DNA of 27,878 bases, from assembly GCA_050012755.1 (NCBI GenBank), contig JBEKGO010000033.1, positions 1 to 27,878 on the forward strand, read 5' to 3'. The first letter of the stretch is position 1; each line of letters begins with the position of its first letter. The notes beneath the pieces are model-generated. The model was not told where the DNA came from and ran no database searches. It saw only the letters and a list, made by a program, of their open reading frames with translations. The stretch comes from Candidatus Bathyarchaeia archaeon. Lineage in GTDB: Archaea > Thermoproteota > Bathyarchaeia > Bathyarchaeales > Bathycorpusculaceae. The translations under genes and the position numbers were made by a program. Below, piece after piece: positions 18,562 to 26,930 of the stretch.

Positions 18562-18593
18562 AAAGGGGATGAGAAGTTTTAGTTGTCCCCTTT
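18562..18593 (-). terminator. possible terminator downstream of paralog 3
   Basis: Inverted repeat AAAGGGGA..TCCCCTTT followed on the minus strand by a pyrimidine/T-rich tract. Confidence 0.4.
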
Positions 18594-18603
18594 TTACAGT
18601 TGT

Positions 18604-19053
18604 CTACTGAGTGCCGGTTAAAACAATGTTGCAGCTGAATGTTGTGAGTGCACTGGCGCCTGATAAAGCGGTCAGGGTCAGGGTGGCTAAGGTGGATTGT
18701 CCAGCGGTTAAAGTTGATAAGGTTGGCGACCAAGTTATTGTTAGGTATGTGCCTGCGTTTGATGGGGTCCAGGTATTTGTGGCCATGGTTAAGTTTTCTG
18801 CGATGTTTCCGGTGTTTTTAACGTAGATTGTTTGTGTTACTTGTGTTCCTGGCGATAGGGTTCCCCAAGATACTGTGGTTATTGGTACTGTGCATGCGGC
18901 GTCGCTGTAGACTCCAAGGTTTATTCCTGCTATTGTTCCGCTTGCGGATAGGGTTTGATTTGTGCTCAATAAACCTGCTGTGGCTATGATAAGCATCATG
19001 CCTACTATGCCTATTGCGATTAGTACTCCTATGTTAGGTCTTTTCAACTTCAT
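18604..19053 (-). CDS. small secreted beta-rich protein, paralog 3
   Basis: Signal peptide, LSASGTI, LGVYSDAACT, WGTLSPGTQVTQTIYVKNTGN. Confidence 0.9.
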   Translation of the reverse strand: MKLKRPNIGVLIAIGIVGMMLIIATAGLLSTNQTLSASGTIAGINLGVYSDAACTVPITTVSWGTLSPGTQVTQTIYVKNTGNIAENLTMATNTWTPSNAGTYLTITWSPTLSTLTAGQSTLATLTLTALSGASALTTFSCNIVLTGTQ

Positions 19054-19170
19054 GTTCTTATCCCCTTACTATATGGTCAAGTGAGTCTTAAGTATTAATA
19101 AACATTACTTTATGGAAATCTAAACTGAAAATATGCACAACAACAATACACAAACAACACAAAACAAACA
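19054..19170 (-). promoter_or_regulatory. archaeal promoter (TTTATTAATA at 19102-19093), duplicate of 17476-17590
   Basis: Direct alignment by eye. Confidence 0.7.
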
Positions 19171-19220
19171 AAACACCCACAAACACACCCACAAGCGCCG
19201 AAACAAACCAATTACACCCC

Positions 19221-19690
19221 TTTTCAACCTTTCAAACCGTTTTAAGCCACCTAAAGTCATTTCTAATCATTCCTAACCATCATTAACGGTTTCAAACCAC
19301 ACCGAAACTAATTCAAAACCCAAATCAAAAAAGAAGCTCAGAAGAACTTGAACGAAATTTGAAGTTGATTTTTTGGTTTTGTTGTTTGGTGACGTTTTGT
19401 GACGTTTTAAGACGCGTAGTGACTTTTAGTGACTTGTAGTGACTCAACCTGCAAACGGAGCAAACCCTAAACTAAAAACTCAACCCAAAACGACTAGAAC
19501 AAAATATAGCCTAAGAAACAATAATATGGAATCAGCTAACCTTCAATCTATTTCAATTCTCTGCCGTGAACATTTTTTGACATATTTTGACTTTTTTAGA
19601 CGAATTTTGACGTTTTTGGACTTTTTTTGACTCAACCTACAACCATTTTAAGCCCCAATTCAAAAAAGCAATCTAAAACACAAAGAACAA
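19221..19690 (+). repeat. cluster of 3 [10-mer array + core] elements; cores at ~19296 (diverged), 19443 and 19631
   Basis: AAAC/TAAC-type, GTGAC-type (19389-19443) and TTTTGAC-type (19571-19631) arrays. Confidence 0.92.
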
Positions 19691-19753
19691 AACCTGCACA
19701 AAAACCTGTCAATGACCGATTTCACACATTTCTAAAAGATGTTTCCAGGGGGT

Positions 19754-20479
19754 TTAGGGGTTGTGTTGTTTGTACCAGGTTTCCATGTATGTGTTGATTA
19801 TGTCTCCGTGGTAGCAGTTTCGGGTTGGGTTGTAGCTGAGGATTTCTCTGTTTTTTTCGTTTAGGTTGTAGTATGTGATTTCTGATATCATGGTTTCTTT
19901 GTCTGTGGATTCTTTGTTGCCGTAGCTTGCAAGTTTTGAGGCTTCTTCGATTACGTTGCCCATCCAAATTACTTCGCCTACGCCGCTGCCCCTGTAGCCA
20001 GTTTTCACCGCTAGGGCTTTTCCATATGACATTCCTACGCCAATGGCTATTTCTTTCAGGTTATTTTTCTTTAATTTATAATTCATTATGTCGATTAGGG
20101 ATGAAATTCTGGCTGCGGTTGAAAAAACTTCGTCGACGTCCTCTTGGAACGGAGTATCGAAAACCCCCCAAACAGAACCATCTGCGATGTTTATTTCCGC
20201 ACATTTTGGGTTGCCATTCATGACGGCGGTAACTTCAGAAATGAAGACTCTGTAAAGTTTGATGTCTGCTATGTTTGTATGAAAATTGGTCAGTTCAGGT
20301 GATTTGCGGATATCTACGCAGAGGGCTGAGCATTTGACGTAAAATCCGTTAATGTAGGTTAATTCGTTGCGGGCTGGGATGCGGTCTCGTTCCTCGTAGT
20401 TGCTGTCTTGGGCTGTTACTATTTGGTTGATTCGGTCAACGCTGTCTTTAACATTATACTCTGCATGGTCGGTTTTCAT
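19754..20479 (-). CDS. stand-alone class III nucleotide cyclase-fold protein with atypical catalytic motifs
   Basis: ALCVDIRKS, INIADGSVWGVF, IGVGMSYG, WMGNVIEEASKLAS, MISEITYYNL. Confidence 0.85.
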   Translation of the reverse strand: MKTDHAEYNVKDSVDRINQIVTAQDSNYEERDRIPARNELTYINGFYVKCSALCVDIRKSPELTNFHTNIADIKLYRVFISEVTAVMNGNPKCAEINIADGSVWGVFDTPFQEDVDEVFSTAARISSLIDIMNYKLKKNNLKEIAIGVGMSYGKALAVKTGYRGSGVGEVIWMGNVIEEASKLASYGNKESTDKETMISEITYYNLNEKNREILSYNPTRNCYHGDIINTYMETWYKQHNP

Positions 20480-20567
20480 TAATCTTCATCTATCCCCAGC
20501 CAATTATTAGGAATTTTGCCTTGCCTCCGCTGAGATTTTTCTGCTCAGTGCTATGCTTTCTGGCTGT

Positions 20568-21509
20568 TTAAACAATTGATGAAGTTCTCTGTACTTGGGC
20601 GTTTACAGCATCGGCTAACGCTTTACATGCTGCTTGCCTAGCCTCGGTCGATGTGTCGGTTTCCAGGTTCACTAGCTCTTCACGCAAACTCTCCATTCGA
20701 CCCATAATAGCCTGCTTTCGTTTCTCGTAATCTTCATCTAGTTTGCGCTGCTCATCGGCAAAATTCTGTTGCGCTACTTCGAGGTCATTCTTGGCAGACT
20801 TTAGATCTAGTTTCATTTGAGGAACTTTGTCGTCAGTTTTCTTTTTGAGGATTTTTCGTTTGCTATTCTCTTCTACTTGGCTTAGCACTTCACGTTCTAG
20901 TTCTCGCACGCGATTTGAAAGTCGTTGGAGTTCGGAGTCTTTTTTGGCGCTGAGTTCTTTGGCTTTTTCAGCATATTCTTTATCGGTTTCTACTAGAAGA
21001 TGATTGTGGTCAGTTAGGGCCTTCGCAACTGTGTCGATGTTTGCTTCTTCCATTTTTTTCTTCGAAAGTACATTTCCGACTTCAAGAAGAATCTGAGAGC
21101 GATCCTTGATAAACTGCTCATCCACTTTCACTGGGGAATCAGACTCAAAATCCGAGATGACCCGGCGCAGATTACTAAGCCAAGCATCATAATTTTCAGC
21201 AAAAGGAGAACCTGAAAAAGCCTGGGTTCCAAGCTGATTTGACTCGTTGAGCGTTTTCTCTGCAAGTTCTCTTAAATGTGCCAAATTTCTTTCTTCAACA
21301 GACTCATCGCTTACAGGTAATTGCGGTTTTTCAGCGCCCATCAGCGCTTTTAACGAATGGATTTCATCTTTCAAGGCGGCAATGTCATTTTCTAAAACAT
21401 TTGATTTAGCTTCAGCGATTCTTTTGAGTTCTTCAACTTCCGCTAAGAGGCTTTGTTTTTCAACTTCCAAATTTTTCAGTTTATCAACTGTACTCTTAAG
21501 ACTACTCAC
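20568..21509 (-). CDS. long coiled-coil hypothetical protein
   Basis: 313 aa, E/K/L-rich heptads, no TM; GTG start after GGGGGA. Confidence 0.85.
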   Translation of the reverse strand: MSSLKSTVDKLKNLEVEKQSLLAEVEELKRIAEAKSNVLENDIAALKDEIHSLKALMGAEKPQLPVSDESVEERNLAHLRELAEKTLNESNQLGTQAFSGSPFAENYDAWLSNLRRVISDFESDSPVKVDEQFIKDRSQILLEVGNVLSKKKMEEANIDTVAKALTDHNHLLVETDKEYAEKAKELSAKKDSELQRLSNRVRELEREVLSQVEENSKRKILKKKTDDKVPQMKLDLKSAKNDLEVAQQNFADEQRKLDEDYEKRKQAIMGRMESLREELVNLETDTSTEARQAACKALADAVNAQVQRTSSIV

Positions 21510-22136
21510 TCGAATAATCCCCCTTCATTCTTGGGACACAATATCTTTTTTTGCACTTAAAACTTTTGCATAAATGACCAGAAAAAAACGCCAAGTTGCC
21601 AAGAAAAGCAAGACCTAAGCACAATTAATACATACGCTAACTCGTAACAAAAAATTAAAGGCTGATGTAGCCTACATGAAAACAGCTTACTTAACGACTA
21701 ATAATTCGTTTCTTGGCAAAACCTCTATCTTAACAGCAACATCAACTGAATTAACAGAGTGTTTTTCATTCCTATTTACAATTTCTTTGTAGGAAATGAA
21801 ATAATTTAGCAATCTTGCTGCTTCTTCATATTGAATATTGCCTTCAATTCTTGCATTCTAATCGTTTCTCCTTTCTGGGAAACCGTATTATCTTAATTGA
21901 AGATCAAGCATTTCATAATAAGCACATACCGCTCACTCAGCTAACCGTCAATACGTGAAACTGCAACAGAAATCGCGAATAAATTTGCAAATATTGTATC
22001 TTAAAACTCAATATTGCAAGATTATAGACAAACACTGCATTTTTCCTCAATATTTCTTCTAATATTGATTCTGAATTCATAAGTGACTTATATATTCACA
22101 ATCATACTTGCCGCTAAGAATCAGGAAGGAAAAAAA

Positions 22137-22361
22137 ATGAAACAAATAACAAGCAAAAACAGGAAACAACTAAAAAACAAAATGTCAGAAGCCTTAAGCA
22201 GCAACATTAAAACGCTCTCAGCTGAAATGCAAGAAATACTAGTAGACGATCTTGTTACTGCATTCGAAAACAGATATGAAGTATTAAGCGATGCACAGTT
22301 AAACCTGCATTGCTTTGAAAACATTGGGGTGAAGGTTCCAAATGCGACGATCAAAGCTTGA
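22137..22361 (+). CDS. small hypothetical protein, coupled to the downstream wHTH
   Basis: LSAEMQEILVDDLVTAFENR; ATG 22137; 20-bp overlap with the next gene. Confidence 0.72.
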   Translation: MKQITSKNRKQLKNKMSEALSSNIKTLSAEMQEILVDDLVTAFENRYEVLSDAQLNLHCFENIGVKVPNATIKA

Positions 22362-22635
22362 AATGTATGTAGACATTCTCCAGGTATTAGCTTTCAAAGG
22401 ACCATTAAAACTAACACATATAATGTACAAATCAAACGTTAACTGCAAAGTTCTGAAATCTCAATTAGACTTCCTTATGAAAAACGGGTTAGTAGAAGAG
22501 AGAATTCTTCGAAGAGAAAAAGTAGTCTACGCTATTACACAAAAAGGCATCTCAACGCTGAAAGCATTTACTCAGATAAAACAAGTATTTCCAATTGAGG
22601 AAAAACAAGTCAGACAAGTGCCTCTTCTCTACTAA
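22342..22635 (+). CDS. archaeal winged-helix transcription regulator (HTH_45-like)
   Basis: MRRSKLEMYVDIL..THIMYKSNVN..LDFLMKNGLV..YAITQKG. Confidence 0.92.
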   Translation: MRRSKLEMYVDILQVLAFKGPLKLTHIMYKSNVNCKVLKSQLDFLMKNGLVEERILRREKVVYAITQKGISTLKAFTQIKQVFPIEEKQVRQVPLLY

Positions 22636-22804
22636 AAACTTTTTTTAACACTTTTAATGATGAGTCCAAAACCCCAAGTTACCTATTTCTTTCTTAATTT
22701 TTCTACTCACAGCTTTTGATCTGCGGCTTAAACTATTCATCACGCAATTTATTTTTGATTGAAATCAGTGTCGATCGAGCCAAGCTTGAACTCAACTTTT
22801 GATA

Positions 22805-23206
22805 TTAAACTGCATAATGCTCTCTATCTTTGGGAGAGCTACGCGCAATATTGAATTGCAAATTTTCATCACGTGATGGATTGTTCTCTGTTCCTATGAT
22901 TCTGCAAATTGTTTTTAGTGAACCAGTGGTGTATTCAAGCAAAGATTTTCCTTCACCTGTTAATGAATATACTTTTTTTGGTCGTTCCCCATTCATGTTC
23001 CATTGACATTTTATGAAGCTTTTCTTTTCCATAGTATTCAGTGTGGGGTATATTGTGCTTGCGCCAAAACTCACTCCATAGGATTTACGTATCGTCACTA
23101 TTAGCTCATATCCGTGCATTGGGTGGTTGTCGAGTAGTTGGAGGATGATTAGGTCTAATAGGCCTTTGGTGAGTTTCGTTTGGATGTTTTTGTGTACTAT
23201 GCTCAT
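22805..23206 (-). CDS. PadR-family transcription regulator
   Basis: GLLDLIILQLL..PMHGYEL..STIYPTL..ME..RPKKVYSLTGEG. Confidence 0.93.
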   Translation of the reverse strand: MSIVHKNIQTKLTKGLLDLIILQLLDNHPMHGYELIVTIRKSYGVSFGASTIYPTLNTMEKKSFIKCQWNMNGERPKKVYSLTGEGKSLLEYTTGSLKTICRIIGTENNPSRDENLQFNIARSSPKDREHYAV

Positions 23207-23481
23207 TTTTTTTCTTCCTGTATTTTTGTTGTGCAGGTGTACAATATGTCCGCTGTCAGACCTATTGCCACATGAATCTCAATATACAATAAAGTGCCAT
23301 ATAAAACCTGCGACATACCACAGGCATATCAAAACGCAACAAAAAAGCCCAAGCCAGACAAAAAACATTAAAAAACAAGGAAACAACCATTAGAAAACCA
23401 CTGAAAAGTGCCAACAAAACCGCAAAAAAGAACTGTACAACACAAATACATGAAAAAATAGAAGCAGAAGCATAAAATAAA

Positions 23482-23850
23482 CTAGAAGTTCTCAACATGC
23501 TGTTTTAATGAGTCAACGTAAAACTCAAAACTCAAATTTGATCCTTCCAGCAAATAATTAAATGAAGGATCCTTCTGCTTTAAAGCTTTCATTATAGCAA
23601 GTTCAAGGAGAAAGGCGGTCGGCCCAAAAACTTTTTCAAGTCCATCAACAAAATCCCCTATTCTGCCAGGTATGTCTTTCTTGCTTAGTTTGTATTTTTT
23701 GTCCAAAAAAGAAAAGAGCGCTTGCTTAGAATTCGTCCCGAGCAGAATTAAGAAAGATTGATCAATTGCTTCAAGAAGGAGGTCGTCAAACTTTGAATTT
23801 TGAAGATCTATCTGAATTTTGGGGAAGTTTTCAGTTTGTGTTTGATCCAT
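23482..23850 (-). CDS. conserved archaeal hypothetical protein (DUF3227/NitrOD5-like helical domain)
   Basis: LLEAIDQSF..LG..KQAL..L..KY.L...IP.RI..F..GLEKVFG..A.LLE..IMK.L. The family name is from memory. Confidence 0.75.
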   Translation of the reverse strand: MDQTQTENFPKIQIDLQNSKFDDLLLEAIDQSFLILLGTNSKQALFSFLDKKYKLSKKDIPGRIGDFVDGLEKVFGPTAFLLELAIMKALKQKDPSFNYLLEGSNLSFEFYVDSLKQHVENF

Positions 23851-24224
23851 TTTGGTGTCACTTCTTCCTTGCTGTTGTTTTGTCTTACTTGACTACAGTT
23901 TAAATGTAGTAAGTCTTAATATATCAATTACTTTGTTTTTTGACATATTACGAAAATCGATATATACAAAGAAGACATAAAACACATCAAAATTGAACTT
24001 GTCGGAAAGTTTATGACATATTGCATTAAACGAAATATCCCTTTTAAAGCTAAACCACCTCTAAATTTTTGAGGAGCAAAGGAGAAAGCTTCTTACGGGG
24101 AGAGGGAGAACCCTTATCCCTTCTCAGAAACTGAAAATGATTATCCCTCTAACCCGTATTTTTTTCAGATCAAGCGTAAATTTGCGAGTATGAAACAAGT
24201 TATTGACGGATTTTTGTGCGGTTT

Positions 24225-24470
24225 TTGTTGTTTGTGCTTTGGGTTGCTTTTTTGGTTTAGGCTTTGATTTGTCTGCAGGCTGCGTAAATAGAAGCAAACC
24301 TAAGCACAAGCATGTAAATAGAAGCAAAAGCAAGTAAACCTGCGCAAACCTAAGCAAACCCTGCCCCATTTTTGTTCTTTGTGGTTTAAGTTGCTTTTTT
24401 AATTTGGGGCTCAAATCTATTGCAACCATAATCTTAAAACATCCCAAAACATCTAGAAACATCCCAAAAA
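24225..24470 (-). repeat. cluster of 2 [10-mer array + core] elements on the minus strand; cores 24431-24372 and 24284-24225
   Basis: The GGAT-type unit is a near-identical inverted copy of 12036-12137. The GCTT-type unit is a close inverted copy of 14120-14281. Confidence 0.95.
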
Positions 24471-24529
24471 GTCAAGAAAAGTTGGAAGCGTGAGAAGAAA
24501 AGAAAATGGAATTAGCAGATTTCTTTAAC

Positions 24530-24742
24530 TTATGCAACTGTTACTTCTTTTTTTGCTAAACCTTCAACCATCAATGGAACTATTTTGCTGGCTCTAAGTA
24601 TTTCTAAGAAGAGAGGGTTGCCTCTGTCGTCAACGTGAAGTATCATGTCACCTACTTCTTGCGCCTGGGCAAGTTTACCTTTCTCTTTTACAAAAATCGT
24701 GAGCACATCTGCATCATCGTCATATTTGATTTTATAGGTCAT
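24530..24742 (-). CDS. DUF2283-family protein (putative antitoxin)
   Basis: IKYDDDADVLTI...ILHVDDRGNPLFLEILRAS. Confidence 0.88.
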   Translation of the reverse strand: MTYKIKYDDDADVLTIFVKEKGKLAQAQEVGDMILHVDDRGNPLFLEILRASKIVPLMVEGLAKKEVTVA

Positions 24743-24995
24743 ATCGATCTCTTCTTACAGGATAAAAGGTTATAATAACTAAAAAATCTTTTCTGCTCTC
24801 ATAAATGACTCTTAAGGCATGTTTACGGCTAATAACTTTGGAGGCAAGAAACTGACCGCCCCTTTCATCGAGCCGTTGAGGTTGAAGAACAACTTCCAAA
24901 ACCTTTTCTTTCCCAATTTCAAATCCGTATTGTTTCAGAACCTCGAATTTCTCAACAGCATGTTTTGTAAACCTGATTTTTGAAGCCCTATCCAA
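24732..24995 (-). CDS. DUF4258-like protein (putative RelE/BrnT-fold toxin)
   Basis: IRFTKHAVEK..V.EVV..P..LRVIYE..VIITFYP; overlaps the DUF2283 gene. Confidence 0.82.
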   Translation of the reverse strand: MDRASKIRFTKHAVEKFEVLKQYGFEIGKEKVLEVVLQPQRLDERGGQFLASKVISRKHALRVIYESRKDFLVIITFYPVRRDRYDL

Positions 24996-25092
24996 ACAAC
25001 TAATCCCTAAATCATGTAATAACGAAGTTTACAGATAAACTTTGCATATCACTATTTTGTCCAACTAGTTTACAATTCTGTTTCGGCAAATT

Positions 25093-25526
25093 TTGTTCTT
25101 TGTGTTTTGGGTTGCTTTTTTGGTTTAGGGTTTGCAATGTTTGCAGGCTGCGTGTTTATTTGTGTGAATTTGTGTTGAAATGTGTCTAATTGTGTTAAAA
25201 TGTGTTTATATGTGTAATTTTGTGTGGAAATGCGCGAAAACGGGGCGATTATTATAAGGTTTCTGCACAAGACTTTGTCCTCTGTACATTGGGTTGCTTT
25301 TTTAGTTTTAGGGTTTGATTTCTTGGCAGGTTGAGTCAAAAAAAGTCTAAATAAGTCCAGAAAAGTTCAGCAGGAAAAGTAAAGGGCAGTAGAGTATATT
25401 TTTTTGGGCAAAATTTTTTCTCTGTATTTTGGATTGTTTTTTGCTTTGGAGCTTGTGGCGTTTGCGGGTTGAGTCCCATAAATCATAGGAGTCCCCCAAG
25501 GTCCCAAAAAGCCAAAATGGTCAAAA
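25093..25526 (-). repeat. cluster of 3 [10-mer array + core] elements on the minus strand; cores 25473-25414, 25335-25275 and 25152-25093
   Basis: GGGAC-type (irregular), GGAC/TGAC-type and ACAC-type arrays (TGTGT every 10 bp on +, 25153-25230). Confidence 0.92.
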
Positions 25527-25564
25527 GAAAACCGTTTACTCAGATCTTTAATACAACTTCAGCC

Positions 25565-25966
25565 TTACTTCATTTCCTTTATTGGAATTGCGACCTTGCA
25601 TTTCTTTAGCAAGTCTGTGTCCGCAGTGACTAACCTCATTTCTTCTTTTTCAGCGATGTATGCATATGAAGCATCATAGAATGTAAGATGCCTATCTATT
25701 GCAACTGCCAAAACGTTGGCTAATGAGTCAATCTCCATCTTTCTTAGAGGTTGAATGAGTTCGAAAAAGATTGTTGCTACTCTTTTGGGGTCCTTGAGCT
25801 TTTTTTGCTGGTTTTCCCTCCAGAGCACGTTTCCAATCTCATATTCCGTTAGGGAACTCACTGCACATTCGTCTGCATTGAATGCAATACCCGAGAGAAG
25901 TATGGGATATAATGCAGAGGTGTCTATGAGATATTTACATCTCGTGCCTTGTCGCTTTGACATCAT
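25565..25966 (-). CDS. vapC: VapC PIN-domain toxin
   Basis: YLIDTSAL, YEIGNVLWR, LTFYDASY, LVTAD. Confidence 0.93.
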   Translation of the reverse strand: MMSKRQGTRCKYLIDTSALYPILLSGIAFNADECAVSSLTEYEIGNVLWRENQQKKLKDPKRVATIFFELIQPLRKMEIDSLANVLAVAIDRHLTFYDASYAYIAEKEEMRLVTADTDLLKKCKVAIPIKEMK

Positions 25967-26162
25967 TTACCCATTCCTCAGGTTTAACATCCATCAGACT
26001 GCTGAGTTCTTTAGCGATTTTCTGTGCTTTTGCTTTTTTTTCAGCCACTAATTCCTCAAGAAGTTGCTCCACAGCCACTTTTAAGTCAACTCCTAGCTTC
26101 TCAGCTTCATCTTTCAAGCCTTTCTTGACTCTTACAGATAAGACTTCAGTCATTGTATACAC
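25935..26162 (-). CDS. vapB: cognate antitoxin (RHH/CcdA-like VapB)
   Basis: VLSVRVKKGLKDEAEKLGVD..EEWVNDVKATR; overlaps vapC. Confidence 0.87.
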   Translation of the reverse strand: MYTMTEVLSVRVKKGLKDEAEKLGVDLKVAVEQLLEELVAEKKAKAQKIAKELSSLMDVKPEEWVNDVKATRHEM

Positions 26163-26205
26163 CTAAGATATAATGTATACGACTTTCATATAAGATTTTG
26201 TGACG

Positions 26206-26265
26206 CTTCATTTTGTTTGGTTAAACAATTCTTCGGTTTAGAGTTTGTGGGTTAGGCAGACTATA
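26206..26265 (-). repeat. degenerate core element between two vapBC pairs
   Basis: Minus strand TATAGTCTGC CTAACCCACA AACTCTAAAC CGAAGAA matches the first two thirds of the consensus in register. Confidence 0.45.
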
Positions 26266-26528
26266 AGCAAAAGGCCTTTGAAGAAAACAAGTGAAAGAAT
26301 CAGCAGTTAAGCGTTAATGAACAGGCTTTTATGGTTGTAAAACTGGAAAGTTGACATGGTATTCAGCGAAAGCTCAAAGACGCCCAAATAATTTTCTTGA
26401 CCATATATAGTAATGTCTTGATAACTTGGAAGCTTCCTTACATGAATCTTAGCTTTGGCACTGTCATATAATCAATAAATTGTTTGAGAATATTTTCTAT
26501 TATTTTTGCTTGAGCTTGAATAGCCATC

Positions 26529-26930
26529 CTATTTGAAAATAAGCTTCAAATAATCCAACTTGCCCAAGTGCTTTTGGTCGTTCGAATAAACCTCGTAGAT
26601 GCCTAACCTCATCATTAATGCTAGATTCACGCCATCGTTGAAATCTATATTTTCGGTAGCCATGTTACTTGCCCCAACAAGCAAATCATCCTGCGTACAA
26701 GCAACGACTTCAAGTGTTCGGTATGACATAATCTCCTCAAGTGTTGGCTTAATATCTCCCTGCCTGCCCATAGATTCTAGTACCCAAACTACCTCACACA
26801 GCACCAATGTAGAGGTTACAGCTCTCTCGCCTTTCTCAATGCGTTCAAGAATATCCTTGGAGATTTTGCCAAAACGTGGATGAGCTGTGAGGGTATAGAT
26901 GAAAATGTTGGTATCTAAAAAACGACTCAC
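26529..26930 (-). CDS. vapC: VapC PIN-domain toxin
   Basis: FLDTNIFIY, TSTLVLCEV, IDFNDG, VYSND; GTGA overlap. Confidence 0.93.
   Translation of the reverse strand: MSRFLDTNIFIYTLTAHPRFGKISKDILERIEKGERAVTSTLVLCEVVWVLESMGRQGDIKPTLEEIMSYRTLEVVACTQDDLLVGASNMATENIDFNDGVNLALMMRLGIYEVYSNDQKHLGKLDYLKLIFK

Noticed and set aside
14353-19053. Type IV pilin/archaellin call for the three secreted paralogs
   Set aside because: No class III signal peptide cleavage motif precedes the hydrophobic stretch, and no assembly ATPase or platform genes are present.
19754-20479. Complete Pycsar or CBASS system
   Set aside because: No adjacent TIR, TM or SLATT effector, and the catalytic motifs deviate.
23300-23480. 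A/C-rich tract resembling the core (also 5940-6015 and 15768-15800)
   Set aside because: Only compositional or short matches. The anchors are not at consensus spacing and there is no 10-mer array.
11620-25339. Short ORFs sharing TQPAxxxxPKxKKQPKTQRTK (core strand) or FLCVLGCFL (opposite strand), e.g. 11620-11823, 13881-14120, 14173-14367, 19439-19630, 24124-24462, 25070-25339
   Set aside because: They are translations of the repeat core. Copies carry 1-bp indels, have no common start, and the 10-bp period is not a multiple of 3. Non-coding is favoured, though not excluded without proteomics.
26310-26527. Possible frameshifted ORF directly downstream of vapC (MAIQAQAKIIENILKQFIDY.. / ..KIHVRKLPSYQDITIYG..)
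   Set aside because: The position suggests a decayed gene, but no family is recognisable. A tblastx search is needed.
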